Shown here: one piece after another, positions 12,496 through 26,041 of the stretch
How the letters are laid out: every line of letters begins with the position of its first letter
Position numbering within the stretch: position 1 is the stretch's first letter
From: Felis catus
Taxonomy: Eukaryota
DNA length: 64,000 nucleotides
Direction: 5' to 3'
Assembly: GCF_018350175.1 (NCBI RefSeq)
Contig: NC_058368.1
Coordinates: forward strand, 34,598,001 to 34,662,000
Position numbers and translations under genes: made by a program
The notes under the pieces: generated by a model
Told to the model about the DNA's origin: nothing
Seen by the model: only the letters and a program-made list of their open reading frames with translations
Database searches by the model: none

Positions 12496-13902
12496 CCACA
12501 GTAGAAATTTTATTTGTTATTTTTTGAATGAGAGAGAAAGGTAAGAATGAACTTGAATGGAGAACAGAGGAACATGGATATAAGTAACTCTTTATACAGT
12601 GTAGTAGAAACTACACAAAGAAAACGAAAAACTGCAAAAACAACAGAAAACCATATAACAGACACTAAAATACTGAGTGCCTACTATAACTGCATTTATT
12701 TTGTATTGTTTTCAATTTATTCCTCTTTCTTCTGTTATTCAGCTTCCATATAGGCAGTTCCTTTGAATCATTCTTCTGTGGCTTTTCAAAGACAATCCTT
12801 GGTTAAAAATAAATATATAAAGAAAGAAAGTACTTTGATCCTCTGTATCTGGTTTCTTCATCTTCTATTCCTACCTGCTTTTTTCCCTCCTGGATCTCTA
12901 TCATGAGATGATCTGAAGCAAGACAGGTAAATGGTGCTTATATCCCCAAAGACACATGTTCTTAGAATTTCTGGCCATGTTTAAGACTTAGAGTGTATAC
13001 TACAGAATTTTGCCATCCGAAAGGAAAGTTTCAAAGAAAGTTTAAATTTGGTACTTTATTTACAGTGCATCGAGTAGCCTTTCTGTAAAATAATCATGTG
13101 CTATAATTTCTTTTCACACTAATGTAAAAGAGCTGCTGCTTCAGTTTTTAATAATGTAGAAGTTCATTTTAATAAAGCTTTTTTTGTTTCAATACACAAG
13201 TTTTACTAAAAAGTGTTTAATGATTTATAATTTAAAATATATGAAAAGCAAAGTTAAATATCTTAGTACATTATAATGATTTACTAATTCAGTTTCATGT
13301 TCTCTGGGACTAACTACCCAAGACTGATTTGCTGGACTGTCCTTTTTTAGTATCTTTGGGCAAATCAACTAACCCTTTGATAAATCTATATTGCAAAGGT
13401 AAAATCAATCATGTTTATAGCAATCAGCCCAAAAGGGGTAATACTAACTAAATTTTTGGTCTATCTATTTTTAATAGCTTTATTGAGGTATAATTTCCAT
13501 ACCATAAAATTAATTCATTTAAAGTGTAATTCAATGATTTTTAGAAAATTTATAGAGTTGTGCAACCACCAATAGACTGTAATTTTAGAACATTTCCAAG
13601 ACCTCAAAGAAAGGTGCATAATCCTCATTTGCAGTTACAATTCTCATCTCCAGTCCCAGGCTAATTTACTTTCTGCTTTTATAGGTTTGTTTTTTGTGGT
13701 CATTTCATATAAATGTCATCATATGATGTATGGTTTCTGGCATCTGGCCTCTTTCACTTGGCATGATGCTTTTAAGTTCATCCATGTTGTAGTACGTACC
13801 AATACTTCATACTTTTCTATTGATTACTAGTATTCCATTGTGTGAATATGGGACATATTGTTTGCTCCAGTCAATTACTGATGGAAATTTGGATTGCTCA
13901 CA

Positions 13903-14112
13903 CTTTTTTTTAATGTCTTTATTTTATTTTTGAGACAGAGAGATAGAGTGCGAGCGGTAGAGGGGCAGAGAGAGAAGGAGACACAAAATCCGAAGCAGGC
14001 TCCAGACTCTGAGCTATCGGTGCCGAGCCTGACATGGGACTCAAACCCACAGACTATGAGATTATGACCCAAGCTGAAGTCAGATGCTCAACCAACTGAG
14101 CCACCCAGGCGT
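13903..14112 (-). mobile_element. SINEC (Fc-like) inside L1
   Basis: gcaggctccagactctgagct...ctgagccacccaggcg. Confidence 0.93.
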
Positions 14113-14490
14113 GGCTTTTTTGGCCATTGTGAATAATGTTGCTATGAAGATCATATCAATGTCTTGGGTGGACATGTCTTCATTTCTTTTAATTTTTTTA
14201 AGAAATTGTCAAATCTTTTTCTAAAGTGAGTGCATTATATTGCATTTCTGCCATCAGTGTATGAGATTCTAATGTCCCCACATTACTAACAACATTTATT
14301 ATTGTTTATCTGTTTGAATGTAGCAGTTCTAGTGGGTGTGGGGCAGTAACTCTCATTTTGGTTTAAATTTATCTTTGCCTAATATCCAATAATGTCAAGC
14401 ATCATATTATGTCTTGATTGATCAAATCTCTTCTGTTATTTTTTTTTAGTGAAAATGGTTGTTGTTTTTTATTATTGTGTGCTAAGATTT

Positions 14491-14701
14491 CTTTAAATGT
14501 TTATTTATTTATTTTAAAGAGAGAGAGAGTGCATGCACGCCAGCAGTGGGGGGGGGGGGGGGGGCAGACAGAGGGAGAGACAGAATCCCAAGCAGTGCAG
14601 AGCCCAATGCAGGGTTCCATCTCATGAATGATGAGATCATGACCTGAGCTGATATCAAGAGTTGGATGCTTACTTAGCCAACTGAGCCACCTAGGCACCC
14701 T
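14491..14701 (-). mobile_element. SINEC inside L1, with TSD
   Basis: Head gagccacctaggcaccc; TSD gtgctaa(g/a)attt at 14479-14490 and 14704-14715; internal poly-G run. Confidence 0.93.
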
Positions 14702-14865
14702 GAGTGCTAAAATTTAAAAAAATATATATTCTGGGTACAAGTTCTTTGTCAGATATGTGATTTCCAAAAATTCTTTCCTAATCTGTGACTTGCATTTCAT
14801 TTTGTTACTGGTACTCTGTGAGGTGCAAAGGGTTTTTATGTATACCATTTTTCTATTTGTTTTAT

Positions 14866-15083
14866 AATTTTTTTAATTTTTTAATGTTTATTTATTTTTG
14901 AGAGGCAGAGAGATACAGCACCAGTGGGGGAGGGGCAGAGAGGGAGGGAGAAACAGAATCGGAAGCAGACTCCAGGCTCTGAGCTGTCAGCACAGAGCTT
15001 GACGTGGGGCTCAAACCCACAAACCCTGAGATCATGACCTGAGCCAAAGTCGGCACTTAACCAAGTGAGCCACCTAGGCACCT
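14866..15083 (-). mobile_element. SINEC (Fc-like)
   Basis: ctccaggctctgagctgtcagcacagag...gagccacctaggcacc. Confidence 0.93.
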
Positions 15084-15594
15084 GATTTCTATATATTTAG
15101 TATAAAACAATAAAGAAATTTATAACATTAAGTGATAAATATTTAGCATATATAATCATCAAATCAAAAAAAAATTAAATAAGTCAAACACTGGCTACAA
15201 TGTATGAACCAACATTTAAATCATACTCCAAATGGTAAATAAACAAATTAAGACAATCTCATTAATATTTAAATAAACCTAAAAGTCATGGTACTTGCTT
15301 TTGCTCATTAAATCAGTAAAATGAAAGAAGAATCATAGTACCTCTTGAGGTAGTTTTAAAAGGGGCTGGTTGATAGCACCTATGTTCTCACCTACCTTTT
15401 TTACAAATTGACAGGATTTAAAAGTCCACAGATGGAAAACAAACATAAAGAATTAGCTGATGAACATACATTAAAATGAGAACCAAAATGGTCTTGTTAA
15501 CTCCATGGTCAACCCCTTCCCCCAAATGCCTGTGGGACAGTCCATGGGAGGATAAGTCTGAGTTTATAAACCACCAACACTTACCTAAGTTACT

Positions 15595-16200
15595 ATGTCT
15601 CACTGGTCAGGAAAGGAAAAAAAGAAGCATGCAGGGTTTACAAAGGGGAGAGAATTTTCAAATGAACTATCAGATAAAGGATTTATTATAGGAACTAAAG
15701 ATTACTTAATTGTGGGAACAGCTAGCTGAAGAGATGAACATGCCAAAGGGAGGGTTAGATTATCAGAGAAGTCACAATCAGTTGATCTGAGAAATCTAAC
15801 ATGTCTAGCCAACAAAGGGCGGGGGGCATTAAGGGATGTGGGCAAAGAAGTCTATGCAAGTTCTTTCTTCCGTGGTTCTGCAGTCAAGTGAAGGGTAAAG
15901 GGTTTGCTGATTCTCTTGGTCAGCAGAGCTGGGGTTTGGAAAAATAGTTGGTCATGGAATAGAGGAAGGTAAGAGCAAGCTGAGCCCTGTCAGCACATCT
16001 GTGATCACTGTCATTGCCTTTAAATGAATGATCTTTAAAAAAAAAAAAAACAAGGATTTTTGATAGTAGCTTTCAAATCTCACATAGATTCTCTGTTGAA
16101 AAACTCTAACCTGGAATCACAAAGACAAGGGAATTCGGGGAACTGTAGACAGACTAACTGTAGTTAGTGTCGCTAGTGTAACCAGTTGACAATACAAATC
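15595..16200. mobile_element. Ancient ERV-class solo LTR (LTR78/LTR79-like; family uncertain)
   Basis: aaggatttattataggaa...aattgtgggaac and aactctaacctggaatcac...gggaattcggggaactgtag...gttgaca resemble remembered ancient LTR consensus. Confidence 0.4.
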
Positions 16201-16384
16201 CCCATTTCCCTCTACGTTAGCTTCTCTCCATAAGGAAAGATGGACAATGATTTTTAGCATCAAACTATTAATTTGCTTCTATGTAGGATAGAGTAAAGGG
16301 TTGGTCAAGGAGTCCAAAATGTTTATGGAAAATTCTTTTAAATGGACACGAAGAATGGGCAAAGGAGCTTTCCCTTGGTTATTT

Positions 16385-16900
16385 CCAGTATTGATAAGGT
16401 TATTTGTAAAAGGATGTTCATATATATAGCTGGGGGGAACGTATGTTAACATTATTGGAATTCAATTTGAAAATATGTATTAAAAAGTCTAGACATGAAT
16501 TTCTTTGATACGTTATTTATATTATTAAACCATTTACAAGCATGCACCCAAAAGAAGAAATTGGAAAGTGCGAAAATACATATTTATATTATTTGTAGCT
16601 TTGTTTATAATAGGAGAAACTTGAAAAGTGGTTCAATATGAAATTGCTTTAAAAAACTGTGGCACTAACATCATTGTCATTATATATTATCAAGCCTAAA
16701 ATATCTTAATTACATCTGCATTAGAAGAATATGATTTTATAATGACAAGTAATGACAGACAATGCATAGTATGTGAATATGTTAGTAGGCTTTACTTATG
16801 AGTGACACGAATTCATCTAATATTATTTCTTCATATTGCCAAATGCTATTTGAATTTTTACAATGGACATGCGTTACACATAAAAGAAAAATATAGTGAT
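16385..16900 (+). mobile_element. Highly decayed L1ME-type 3' fragment
   Basis: catatatatagctggggggaacgta...caatttgaaaatatgtattaaaa...tttgtagctttgtttataatagg. Confidence 0.5.
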
Positions 16901-17879
16901 ATTTTAAAATTTGTAGAGTAAACAATTATGTGAAAGCTGGCCATTCAAGTAAATATTTTGAACAAGTTTTTTTGTTTGTTTGTAAGAAAATTGAATTTAT
17001 TTTGGGTAACTGCAGCAAAACAGACCAGAGAGAAGACTCCAATCAATATTAAACTTATTTGTGAAATTTTGAATATAAAGTTGAAAAATGTGAACACCTT
17101 TAAACCTACTGAAGTTTTAATGAAATTGAGAATAGTATTATTTCTTTAAGTCTGTTTAAATGGTTTCAATATAATCCTTTTACTAAAACAGTTTACTGCG
17201 TTTAATGGAAGCATCAGAGACACTCTCACTTCCTTTTCATACAACACTAAAAGAAGATAGAAATTATTGTTGCTATTCTATTCTTCATTCTTCCTTTGGC
17301 TTTGATTCTAAGGACAGAGCACCCTTTTCTTTTTGCTAGAGATATGACTCTGCATAAATCTCTTAGGAAAGCTCTCTATGCAGGAAATGATATGGGGAAA
17401 AAAGTTCTTCCTCCTTTCTATATAATTTTTCCCTCTGTGAGCCTGTGGTCTGACCCTGAGTTTATTATGAATTCCAGTTGCCAACCAACTTTCTTTTGTG
17501 AATTATAATCGCTGGCTTCTTGCTTTGTTAGAAGCATAGACATTTAAGCTATAAGGGCTTCCTTGTGTAAGCATCCCTGTCACACTCCCATGTTTTCACT
17601 CTTTTCCCATGAATAGAAGACCTTTCAGAGTGAAATTAAAAGTCAGATTTGTGAACAAATATTTTCTTTGAGTTAACTGAAGGTCAAACTATCTGATTTA
17701 CATTGGTTAAATACCATAAAGACACAGCACATTAGCTATTAAGAGAGAAGAATGTAAGTATGGAATTAAACTTTACATAAACCTCTACATAAAATGAGTG
17801 AACAACAAAATACATGCCATAGCAATCCACAAAGTAATGTACATTTTAATGACAGGAGTATGGCTTCAAGTTTTGACCA

Positions 17880-18050
17880 TAGTTTCTGAAGTCAGACTTC
17901 CTTAGAATCAACAATCAGCCCTGCTGTGTATCCTGAGGCAAGGTTCAAAACTCTCTGTGCCTCAGTTTCACATTTATAAAACAGGCATAGTAATCATGGC
18001 TATAAGGATTCAATGAGTTAACATGTCAAATCTTTTTTAAAGTGCCTGCT
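17880..18050 (+). mobile_element. MIR
   Basis: ctgaagtcagac...ggcaaggttcaaaactctctgtgcctcagtttcacatttataaaacagg...aggattcaatgagttaacatgt. Confidence 0.8.
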
Positions 18051-18543
18051 GTTATTACTACATATCATAATGGTAGTTAATTTTGTTATTTTCATAACGG
18101 GAACATGAAAATCCTGACAGCAGGTCAGTATCTTGTCCCAAACTTAGAGGATGTAATGATGTGGTGTTCTATATAGCTCTCTTTTGTCATAAGTACAAAC
18201 CATTTTAAGGGCTTAGTAGGAGATAAGCTTTGTAACCTAACACTTTTTATGTATTATCATTTTTCTACACAAATTCTATGAGACAGATTAAATATAAATT
18301 TGAACAAACTGAAGTTGAGAAAGTCTGCTTGAGGTCAGTTAATGAGTGCTTGGAGGCAATCTGCCTATGCTGAAGTCTTTGCTCTTTAACACTATGTTTT
18401 GTGCTTTCAGGACCAAAGTTGAAGATAGGAGACAAAACATGTGCTCGTATTTAGTTTCTCTAAACCTTTGTATATAAATTATGTTAGACCTTATTTAAAA
18501 ATCCAACCATAAACATTACCTCTCTTAAGAAATAAATCACCTA

Positions 18544-18666
18544 GGGGCACCTGGGTGGCTCAGTTGGTTAAGCAACCGTCTCTCGGTTTGGGCTCAGGTG
18601 GAGATTTCACGGTTCGTGAGTTTGAGTTCCGCATTGGGCTGACAGTGCAGAGCCTGCTTGGAATTG

Positions 18667-18712
<46 letters not shown>

Positions 18713-18769
18713 CCTTCCCCACTCGCTCTTTCTGTCTCTCTCTCAAAATAAATAAACTTAAAAAAAAAC
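18544..18769 (+). mobile_element. SINEC
   Basis: ggggcacctgggtggctcagttggttaagc head, (CT)n, ctcaaaataaataaac tail. Confidence 0.95.
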
Positions 18770-19963
18770 AAATAATTCATTTATGTGCTATTTGTAACCC
18801 ACTGGTTTATGTTTTCAATATATTTCCTTAATTGCCTCAGAGGACCCTTCTTTCACCCAAGTAAAGTTCATAGAAGATTCTTAAGTTTCATAAGGTGTAT
18901 TTTGTATAGATTTAGATCAAAATGAACATGATCTAAAAATACTCAGTGTTAACATGGCAAGGAGATGAACGACATTTAATTCACCAACATTATTACAAAG
19001 TCCATAATGCCATATGGTATTCACACTTTCCTAATAAGATAGGATCCAGACATTATATCTTGTTTTAGGGATTTGTACTTTTAAACGAGTACATGTTTTC
19101 TTTATCTTGTAGCTCGGAGTTCATGATGTTGTCTTATTTTTTTTTCTTTTATAGTTCTTTGAATTAAAGCAATGTACATTTCATTCATATTTTTTCCTTC
19201 ACACCCTGAGGGATCTATGGAGGATCAAAACTTAGACAAATCTTCAATGTGTTTAAGTCAAAGAAAATAGCTGAACAATGGCTGATGGAAGTGAGTTGAT
19301 TTTATAAAATCTTTACTTTTATAAAATTTACTTTTTAGGCTCCGCTTTGCCTGTCTTTTGTTTCCAGTATTACCTAAGGTCTAAATCAAAACCTAAAACC
19401 ATCTCGGCTCTGCTGAGCTATTAGTAATATCTTTACATAAATTAGAAAGAGACATATTTTTCTACAGGAACTTCACTGCCCTTTGGCCACAAAGTGTTGT
19501 AATGCATATACAAATCTAAAATTTCCCTGGCATAAGTGGACCTTATCCAGAGTCCAACCAGACATGTCTTCCTTTCCCCCTCTCACCTTCACTGCACCCA
19601 GTCACTCACAGATAAGGGTGGAGAAGGACTCAAGAGGTACAAATAAAGAAGAATCAGTGCTACAAATAAAGAAATAATGATATTTTAAAGTAATAGGGCT
19701 GAATTTTAGTATTTTTATTTTCCAGATTGTCTTGAAACTGGCAGTAAAGTCTGTTTAACCCTGTTTGACCTCACAGGGTTTAATTAATTTCATTCATCAG
19801 TCTCAAAATTACCAAGGGTTCTAATATTACTGCCATATTCATGTTACGGTTCTATTCTGAAAGTCCATAGTTAATAAGATTAAAATAAGGTTAAATATTG
19901 TTGGATGATTTGCAAACTTCACAATAGCCTTCAATTTTAATGAAACAGATATTTAAAATGTAG

Positions 19964-20450
19964 GTGTGTTTGTCTCCTAGGGCTGCCATAGCAGTATCAC
20001 AGATGTGTGGCTTAAATCTACAGAAATGTAGTGTCTCACAGATCTGGAGGCTAGCAGTCCAAAATCAGGGAGTCTGTAAGATCCTGCTCCTTCTGAAGCC
20101 TGTAGGGGAGGATCCTTCCTTCCCTTTCCCTAGCTTCTGGTGGTTTATTGACGATCTTTGGTGTTTTTGGGCTTATAAACTCTGCTTCTGCAACACTTCA
20201 GTTGTCTGCTTCTATTGTCACACGGCATCCCCCACCCCCACCCCTTTCCCCATGTGTGTCTGTGTTTCAGACTCTCCTCTTCTTGTAAGGACACCAGATA
20301 TATTGGATTAGAAGCCATACTACTCCAATATGACCTCACCTTAGCTTAATTACATCTGCAAAGACCCTATTTCCAAATAAAGTCATATACTAAGATATTG
20401 GGGTTTAGGAATTCAGTATCTTTTTGGAGAACACAGTTTCACCCTTAAGA
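19964..20450 (-). mobile_element. MaLR solo LTR (MLT1B/MLT1C-like)
   Basis: cctagggctgccata...ggcttaaa...ctcacagatctggaggctag...taaggacaccag...taattacatctgcaaagaccctatttccaaataa. Confidence 0.88.
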
Positions 20451-21045
20451 GAAGGAAAAAAGCCACTGTAATACAGGGCCTGTCCTAGAGCTGGCATATT
20501 GAGGCAGTGTAACATTTTAGACAAAATACCTATCTTTTCTGGGTATCTATTCCCTTCTCCATAAAATGAGGGCTTAGAAGGAAACTTAAAGGATATTTCT
20601 GTCTCTGATCATCTTGCTGCCTGTGATTCTCATTTTTGGTGTATCTCTCCATTCCTCCCTGCCTCAGTTCAAAAGGTTTCTTAGGGCCTGAGACATACTT
20701 TGACAATTATGTTGTGTTTTCCTCACTTACCATTGTTTTCTGCACAGTTATTTAGATGTCAAACAAAGTTATGCAAAGCTAAAAGCACACAAATTGGAAA
20801 CAATTTTATAGGTATTATGGCTTCAGAGATGGACCATACTTCAACAGATTAACTGATCAGTTTGGCCAGCTCTGGCTTTTATGTGGTATATTATCTGTAT
20901 TCCTATTATAGATTCAGTTACTATGCAATTAATTATTTTAGTCAGTTACATAGCTATGAATGCATCAAAAATTCTGTGCCAGTTCAGTAAAAGAAACCTT
21001 TACTTACATTGCCTTTAAGAGGTACATCTAAAATCTTGTGATTGA

Positions 21046-21244
21046 TTTTTTTAATGTTTATTTACTTTTGAGAGGGAGAGAGAGAGAGAGTGGCAGAGAG
21101 AGAGGGAGACACACAGAATCCAAAGCAGGCTCCAGGCTCCAAGCTGTCAGCACAGAGCCCAACATGGGGTTTGAACCCACGAACCGGGAGATCATGACTG
21201 AAGTCAGACTAAGTGCTTAACCAACTAAGCCACCCAGGTGTCCC
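21046..21244 (-). mobile_element. SINEC with TSD
   Basis: caggctccaggctccaagctgtcagcacagagccc...gccacccaggtgtccc; TSD ttgtgattga(t/c)tttt on both sides. Confidence 0.94.
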
Positions 21245-21800
21245 TTGTGATTGACTTTTAAGGTTAAAACCTAAGTGTAAGTATTTGAAATTAACAAAAA
21301 AATCATTAGGACAGTGAATTTTGTTCTAGAAAAGTACTTAAAGATGCACAGAGAAAACCCAGGTTTCTTTTGAAAGTCTGAAAATACTGCTAATCAGTCA
21401 TTTTGTAATAAACTCACTTGTTAGCAATACTTTATGTTCTCTCTATGTTAGATCTTCTTATGTACCTGAACTTTAAGCTAACTTTATGGGTTTTAGTCTC
21501 AGTCACATTCACTACTTCAGGAAGTTCCTTGCTGGATATTTCTTACTTGTTTGATGAAGCTTGATCCTTCTGCCTGACCTTGTTTTAGAAGTAGTTGCTT
21601 AAAAGCTGTGAGTTCTTTCTCCATTTATCACTAAAAAGTTTTTCCCTGACAAAACTGAGCTAAATTCTCTTCTTCTGGGGCTGCGCTCTTTGTGTTAAGT
21701 AAGGCAAACCCTCAAGCAAAGTTGTGTTCATTCTCCAGGATGGTCTATTGGGGAAATAACACTGGCCTTTCTGCAGCATGGCGATGGGCCACTCTCAGGC

Positions 21801-21905
21801 ATTGGCCAGCTCCCTGGGCACGCCTTTCAGCCTCGCCTCAGGCCACAGGGTTGCATAAGGCACCCTCTCCTATATAAAGTTACTGCAGCCCACTGTTTCT
21901 GGCAG
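21801..21905 (+). promoter_or_regulatory. Candidate Pol II promoter module (CCAAT, AP-2, C/EBP, TATA)
   Basis: ATTGG 21801-21805, GCCTCAGGC 21835-21843, TTGCATAA 21851-21858, TATATAAA 21871-21878, and a CA at 21903-21904 in a locally GC-rich segment. Confidence 0.4.
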
Positions 21906-22072
21906 CGATGTCCTCAACATCTGGTTGAAGCCTAGAATCCTGTCTTCCTATAGTAACATGTCATTCTGGTTCCCTATACACATAGTCGGATACTTTTTAG
22001 TTGTAAGCATTTTGTTGTTAATACAGCACTGGCAAAGGTTTAAATATATGTATAAAATACAACAGAGATTAA

Positions 22073-22212
<140 letters not shown>

Positions 22213-25200
22213 CTGCTGCCATACTACCACAGCTGGTTTTGGTGGGAAGCCACTAATGCACTTTCTGCTAAATTCTGCAGTAGGGGTAGAACAGTCCTCT
22301 CTGATTCTTCCTTTATAGTACAACATTCTGGGACACAAGGGTGGGAGATTTCAATTAAGGCGAAGTGACAGTTACATTTTAATAGGCTATAACACTGACA
22401 TAATTAATATCGGAAAAGACCAACCCAACACCGTCAACATTTGGGGACAGGCAAGCAGAGAGTGAAAATATTTTTCAGATAAAAGATCATTATTTCTGTA
22501 TTGACAAAGTTAATAAATGTATTAAATATTCTAGTAACTGCTGTTTGAAACAGTATCTCACACGGAATAGCACGTTGCCCTTCCCCTTCTTCCCAGAATT
22601 CTACACACCATTTTCTGTGAAGAAGATAAAAATACCACTGAGACGTACTTTCCATATTCAAATGACCGCTAGGTTATACAGCATCCATCTTGAAGTAGCT
22701 GAGGTAACTACCAGACAGAGTAAAGCAATGGTTTTCTTCCTTTCTTTTCCTTCTTTTCTGTATTTCTCACGTAATTTCAAATATTGTAAGAAATTCTGCA
22801 CCATTTATGCACTGGCGCACACATTATTTGGGACATCTTGGGAACGCCACTTAAAACTTTTAGCCCTGATTTCCTTATTTGTAAAAGTAAGTCAATGAGC
22901 AATTGGATAGATAATATCAAATGAATCTTATAGTTTTAAAGTAGTATATCATGTATTCTAAACTCAAATGAGAATTAAGCTTCACGGTGTTCACTCACAG
23001 AAAATTTCCTCCATTATACAATTGAGACAGAGAGAAGCCAAGCTACAGACTCTGCTTCCCAACACTTTTGCTTTTTTATCTGAAGTTCATACCTCAACTA
23101 CTCACTTGGAATTTTGTCAGTTGCTAAATGCTACCCACTGTGCCAGAACCTACCTCTTAGTTTTTTGAAAGCAGATAACAGCAAGTCTTGTTCTAAGGCT
23201 TACTAACTGTGTGACTTTGACAAGCTACTGAACTTTTTTGAACCGCAGATTCCCCAACAAGACGAAAATTGCAGGTAATATATAGTGGGGTACAGGAATG
23301 GAAGAACAGTCATAAAGAGTATATAAGTTAGAAAGTGTACAAAAATGTACTATTTGACATATCACTAGCCCCCTTTTTAGCGGGTGAAAAAACTAGAGAA
23401 TGTATTATGATTTGGGTTACATAAATTACCTATTCAATGAAATAGTCTGAAGTCCTTAAGTAATAATGAAGTACCATACACCATTCAACTTGCAATAATG
23501 TGAAGAATGTGTTTTTGAAGTAAAAACAATCAAGTTAAAAATACAACGTATGGTGTAATCCCACTAACATATCTATTATCTTTATTGATATCAGTAACAG
23601 TACAGATATATACATACACAGATAGCAAAAACTCTAGATGGATGTACTACAAAAATTTAATGATGGTAATATATAGTGTATTTATTTATTCTGAATTTTA
23701 ACATTATTGCTTTTTCCTAAATTAACTGCACTAATTTCATTAAAAAATCAATTCAAGTTTAGAACACAAAACTATGTCTGGAAAATGAAACATAACATAA
23801 TATACCACCTTGAAAATAGCAGTCAAATGATGGTTCTGAGGAATTAATCCAATAAGGAAAAAGCCAACCTAAACAACCAAAATATTTTAAAGAGAAAAAC
23901 ATTTTTTAATTATATATATACTTGACAACAGCTCCCTTTCATTGTGGCTTTACAGCTGAGGAATGGGAAAAATGAATTCAGTTACAGGTGATTCATAATT
24001 CATATAAATTCATTTTTTAAGGAACTGCACTCTAGCAGTTATTAATTATTAGAAGATTTACAGTATATTTAAGAATGATGCATAGCCATGTCTGCTAGAA
24101 AAGAATGGATCCTATCCAAATAGCATGGAAATAAGTGTTGCATTTATACATAAGGAAAGAGAATTTAATTCCATCATTATTATTGCCATTTTTAACAGCA
24201 ATACAACTCTGCAGCAGCCATCATAATTATTGTCATAGGCTGGGAGGTTGTGGGAGGGCAAGAACATTTTTATAGATTAATAATCTCTCGAGGTCGTGGA
24301 GTACCAAATGTGTTTCTTCTCTACTGGGTGAAGGGGAGGAGAGGGAGCTGCATCTGATTAAATCTGAGAAGCCTGGGTTTCACTATGAAGATCTTAACAA
24401 GGAAATGAGATTGAGCCGCTATAAAACTCATCCAGTTCAACCACAGTAAATATTGCTTGGCGGCAGTGAAATCTTAATTAGTATTTCCCTCCTATTAAAC
24501 AATTCCAGTGGTCTAAAGACATGGAAATAGTGGCATTTACTTCTCCTAAAATGTTCTTTTTTAACTCTTTTTTTCCTCCTCATATTTTCAGAGGAAGAAC
24601 AGTCAATAACCTTCGCGTGTCTTTTTACGATTATTTGCCATTGCCTTATATCCACCTGCTTATTTTTTAATTTCCTATTTAAAATTTATTTTGATAAATA
24701 CAGCATAAATACCTACCTCTCTCAGATCGGGTCAATCACCTCTGTTTTTATTACAACAAAGATGTTCCTACAAAAAAGGCTAACCCAAAAAGTGAATCAT
24801 GTCAGTATTTAGTCTATTTTTAGAGACATAAATAATTTCAGATGTGACTTTGGGAAGATGTTTCTAGAGTAATGTCATGACTCTTATATTTAATTATGAT
24901 GCAATGTAATTTAAAACCATGGACACCTCTTCTGAAGCTGAGGCTTATTTGTCTCCAGATTTACTCATAAATTTCTAACAGAATTTGGACTCACTCTTCA
25001 TTCATCTTCATTAATTCATTTAATATTTATTCAGAAAATATAAGTCTGTTGAGAGAGATACTAAAGAGGCTTAGACATGGATCTCACCCTCAGGGGATTT
25101 GCACACTATTTGAAGATACATTATGCACAAAAGAAACAAATGTCTGTCTACCCTCCAAAAGATTAACTGATTTATATGACGAAACTTTAAAAAGCACCAA

Positions 25201-25559
25201 CCAAAGTTAAAAAAGACATCTCATTAAACTAACTTTTTGTACATAAATTTTTGCAACTGGTTTAAATGTTCTGTTTTGTTTCCCTTCTTTCTATAAATTG
25301 ATCAGGAAACATACTCTTTGAGTATCTTAGCCACAAGTCAGTATACTTTTGTGAGTGAAAAAGGACAGTAAGGGGACAGGATGTTGGAACAATGCTGTAA
25401 ACCAAGACTATCTCTAATAAAATGGGACATATAGTTATCTCTTATAGTGTATTTTTTAGTAGATTCAGGAATATTTCTGACTACTCTTTTCTGCCTGCTT
25501 TTGTTTCCACCCATTGACAACAGAAGTACTTAATTCCTTATACATAGCTTTAGCACAGT

Positions 25560-26041
25560 CAAAAGGAGTCTCTTTGAAGGACTTTGGCTACCTCCATTTT
25601 GACCTCAAACTTTCTCGTTGGGTTCTTCTTTCCAGCTTGTCTTCTGGCTCAGGTAGAAGACCCTGAAGGGACGCACCCTCTGAGGGAAACTGACACTATC
25701 CTCTCAAGCAATAAGGACAGCTCTGAGCCAGCAAGACTGAGCCCAGGACTGACTCCAAAACAATGATCTATTTGACCTTCACTGCCTACCTGCATGTTCC
25801 CACCCACCTTCACCTCATATTTTCCTTATATAAACCTGGAGGTATTTTCAGCACTTGGGAGAAAGTCTTTGAGACATTAATCTGCTGTCTTCTTGGTGTT
25901 GGCCTCACTGAAATAAATTCCTTTTTTGTTTCATCACCACTAGTCTCTCTGCCTTTGGCTTTTCTTGGTGGCAAGTGGCCAAACCTGATCTGTTCGGGAC
26001 CCTCGGAGCCAAGTGCTCTTGCACCCCTAAGCCCAGTTCCA
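25560..26041 (+). mobile_element. ERV1-class solo LTR (MER34/MER39-like; left boundary uncertain)
   Basis: U3-R-U5 layout: TATATAAA 25827-25834, AATAAA 25912-25917, then ttggcttttcttggtggcaagtggccaaacctga resembling the MER34/39-group U5. Confidence 0.65.

Larger units (their letters stand above)
13468..14840 (-). mobile_element. L1MB-type 3' UTR/ORF2 end, interrupted by two SINECs
   Basis: tagctttattgaggtataatt...agagttgtgcaaccacca...ttttagaacatttcc...tggcctctttcacttggcatgatg...aataatgttgctatgaa are hallmark L1MB 3' sequences in antisense. Confidence 0.88.

Noticed and set aside
21661..21790. Minus-strand gccATG short ORF (MLQKGQCYFPNRPSW..., about 39 aa)
   Set aside because: Short, unrecognised, and expected by chance.
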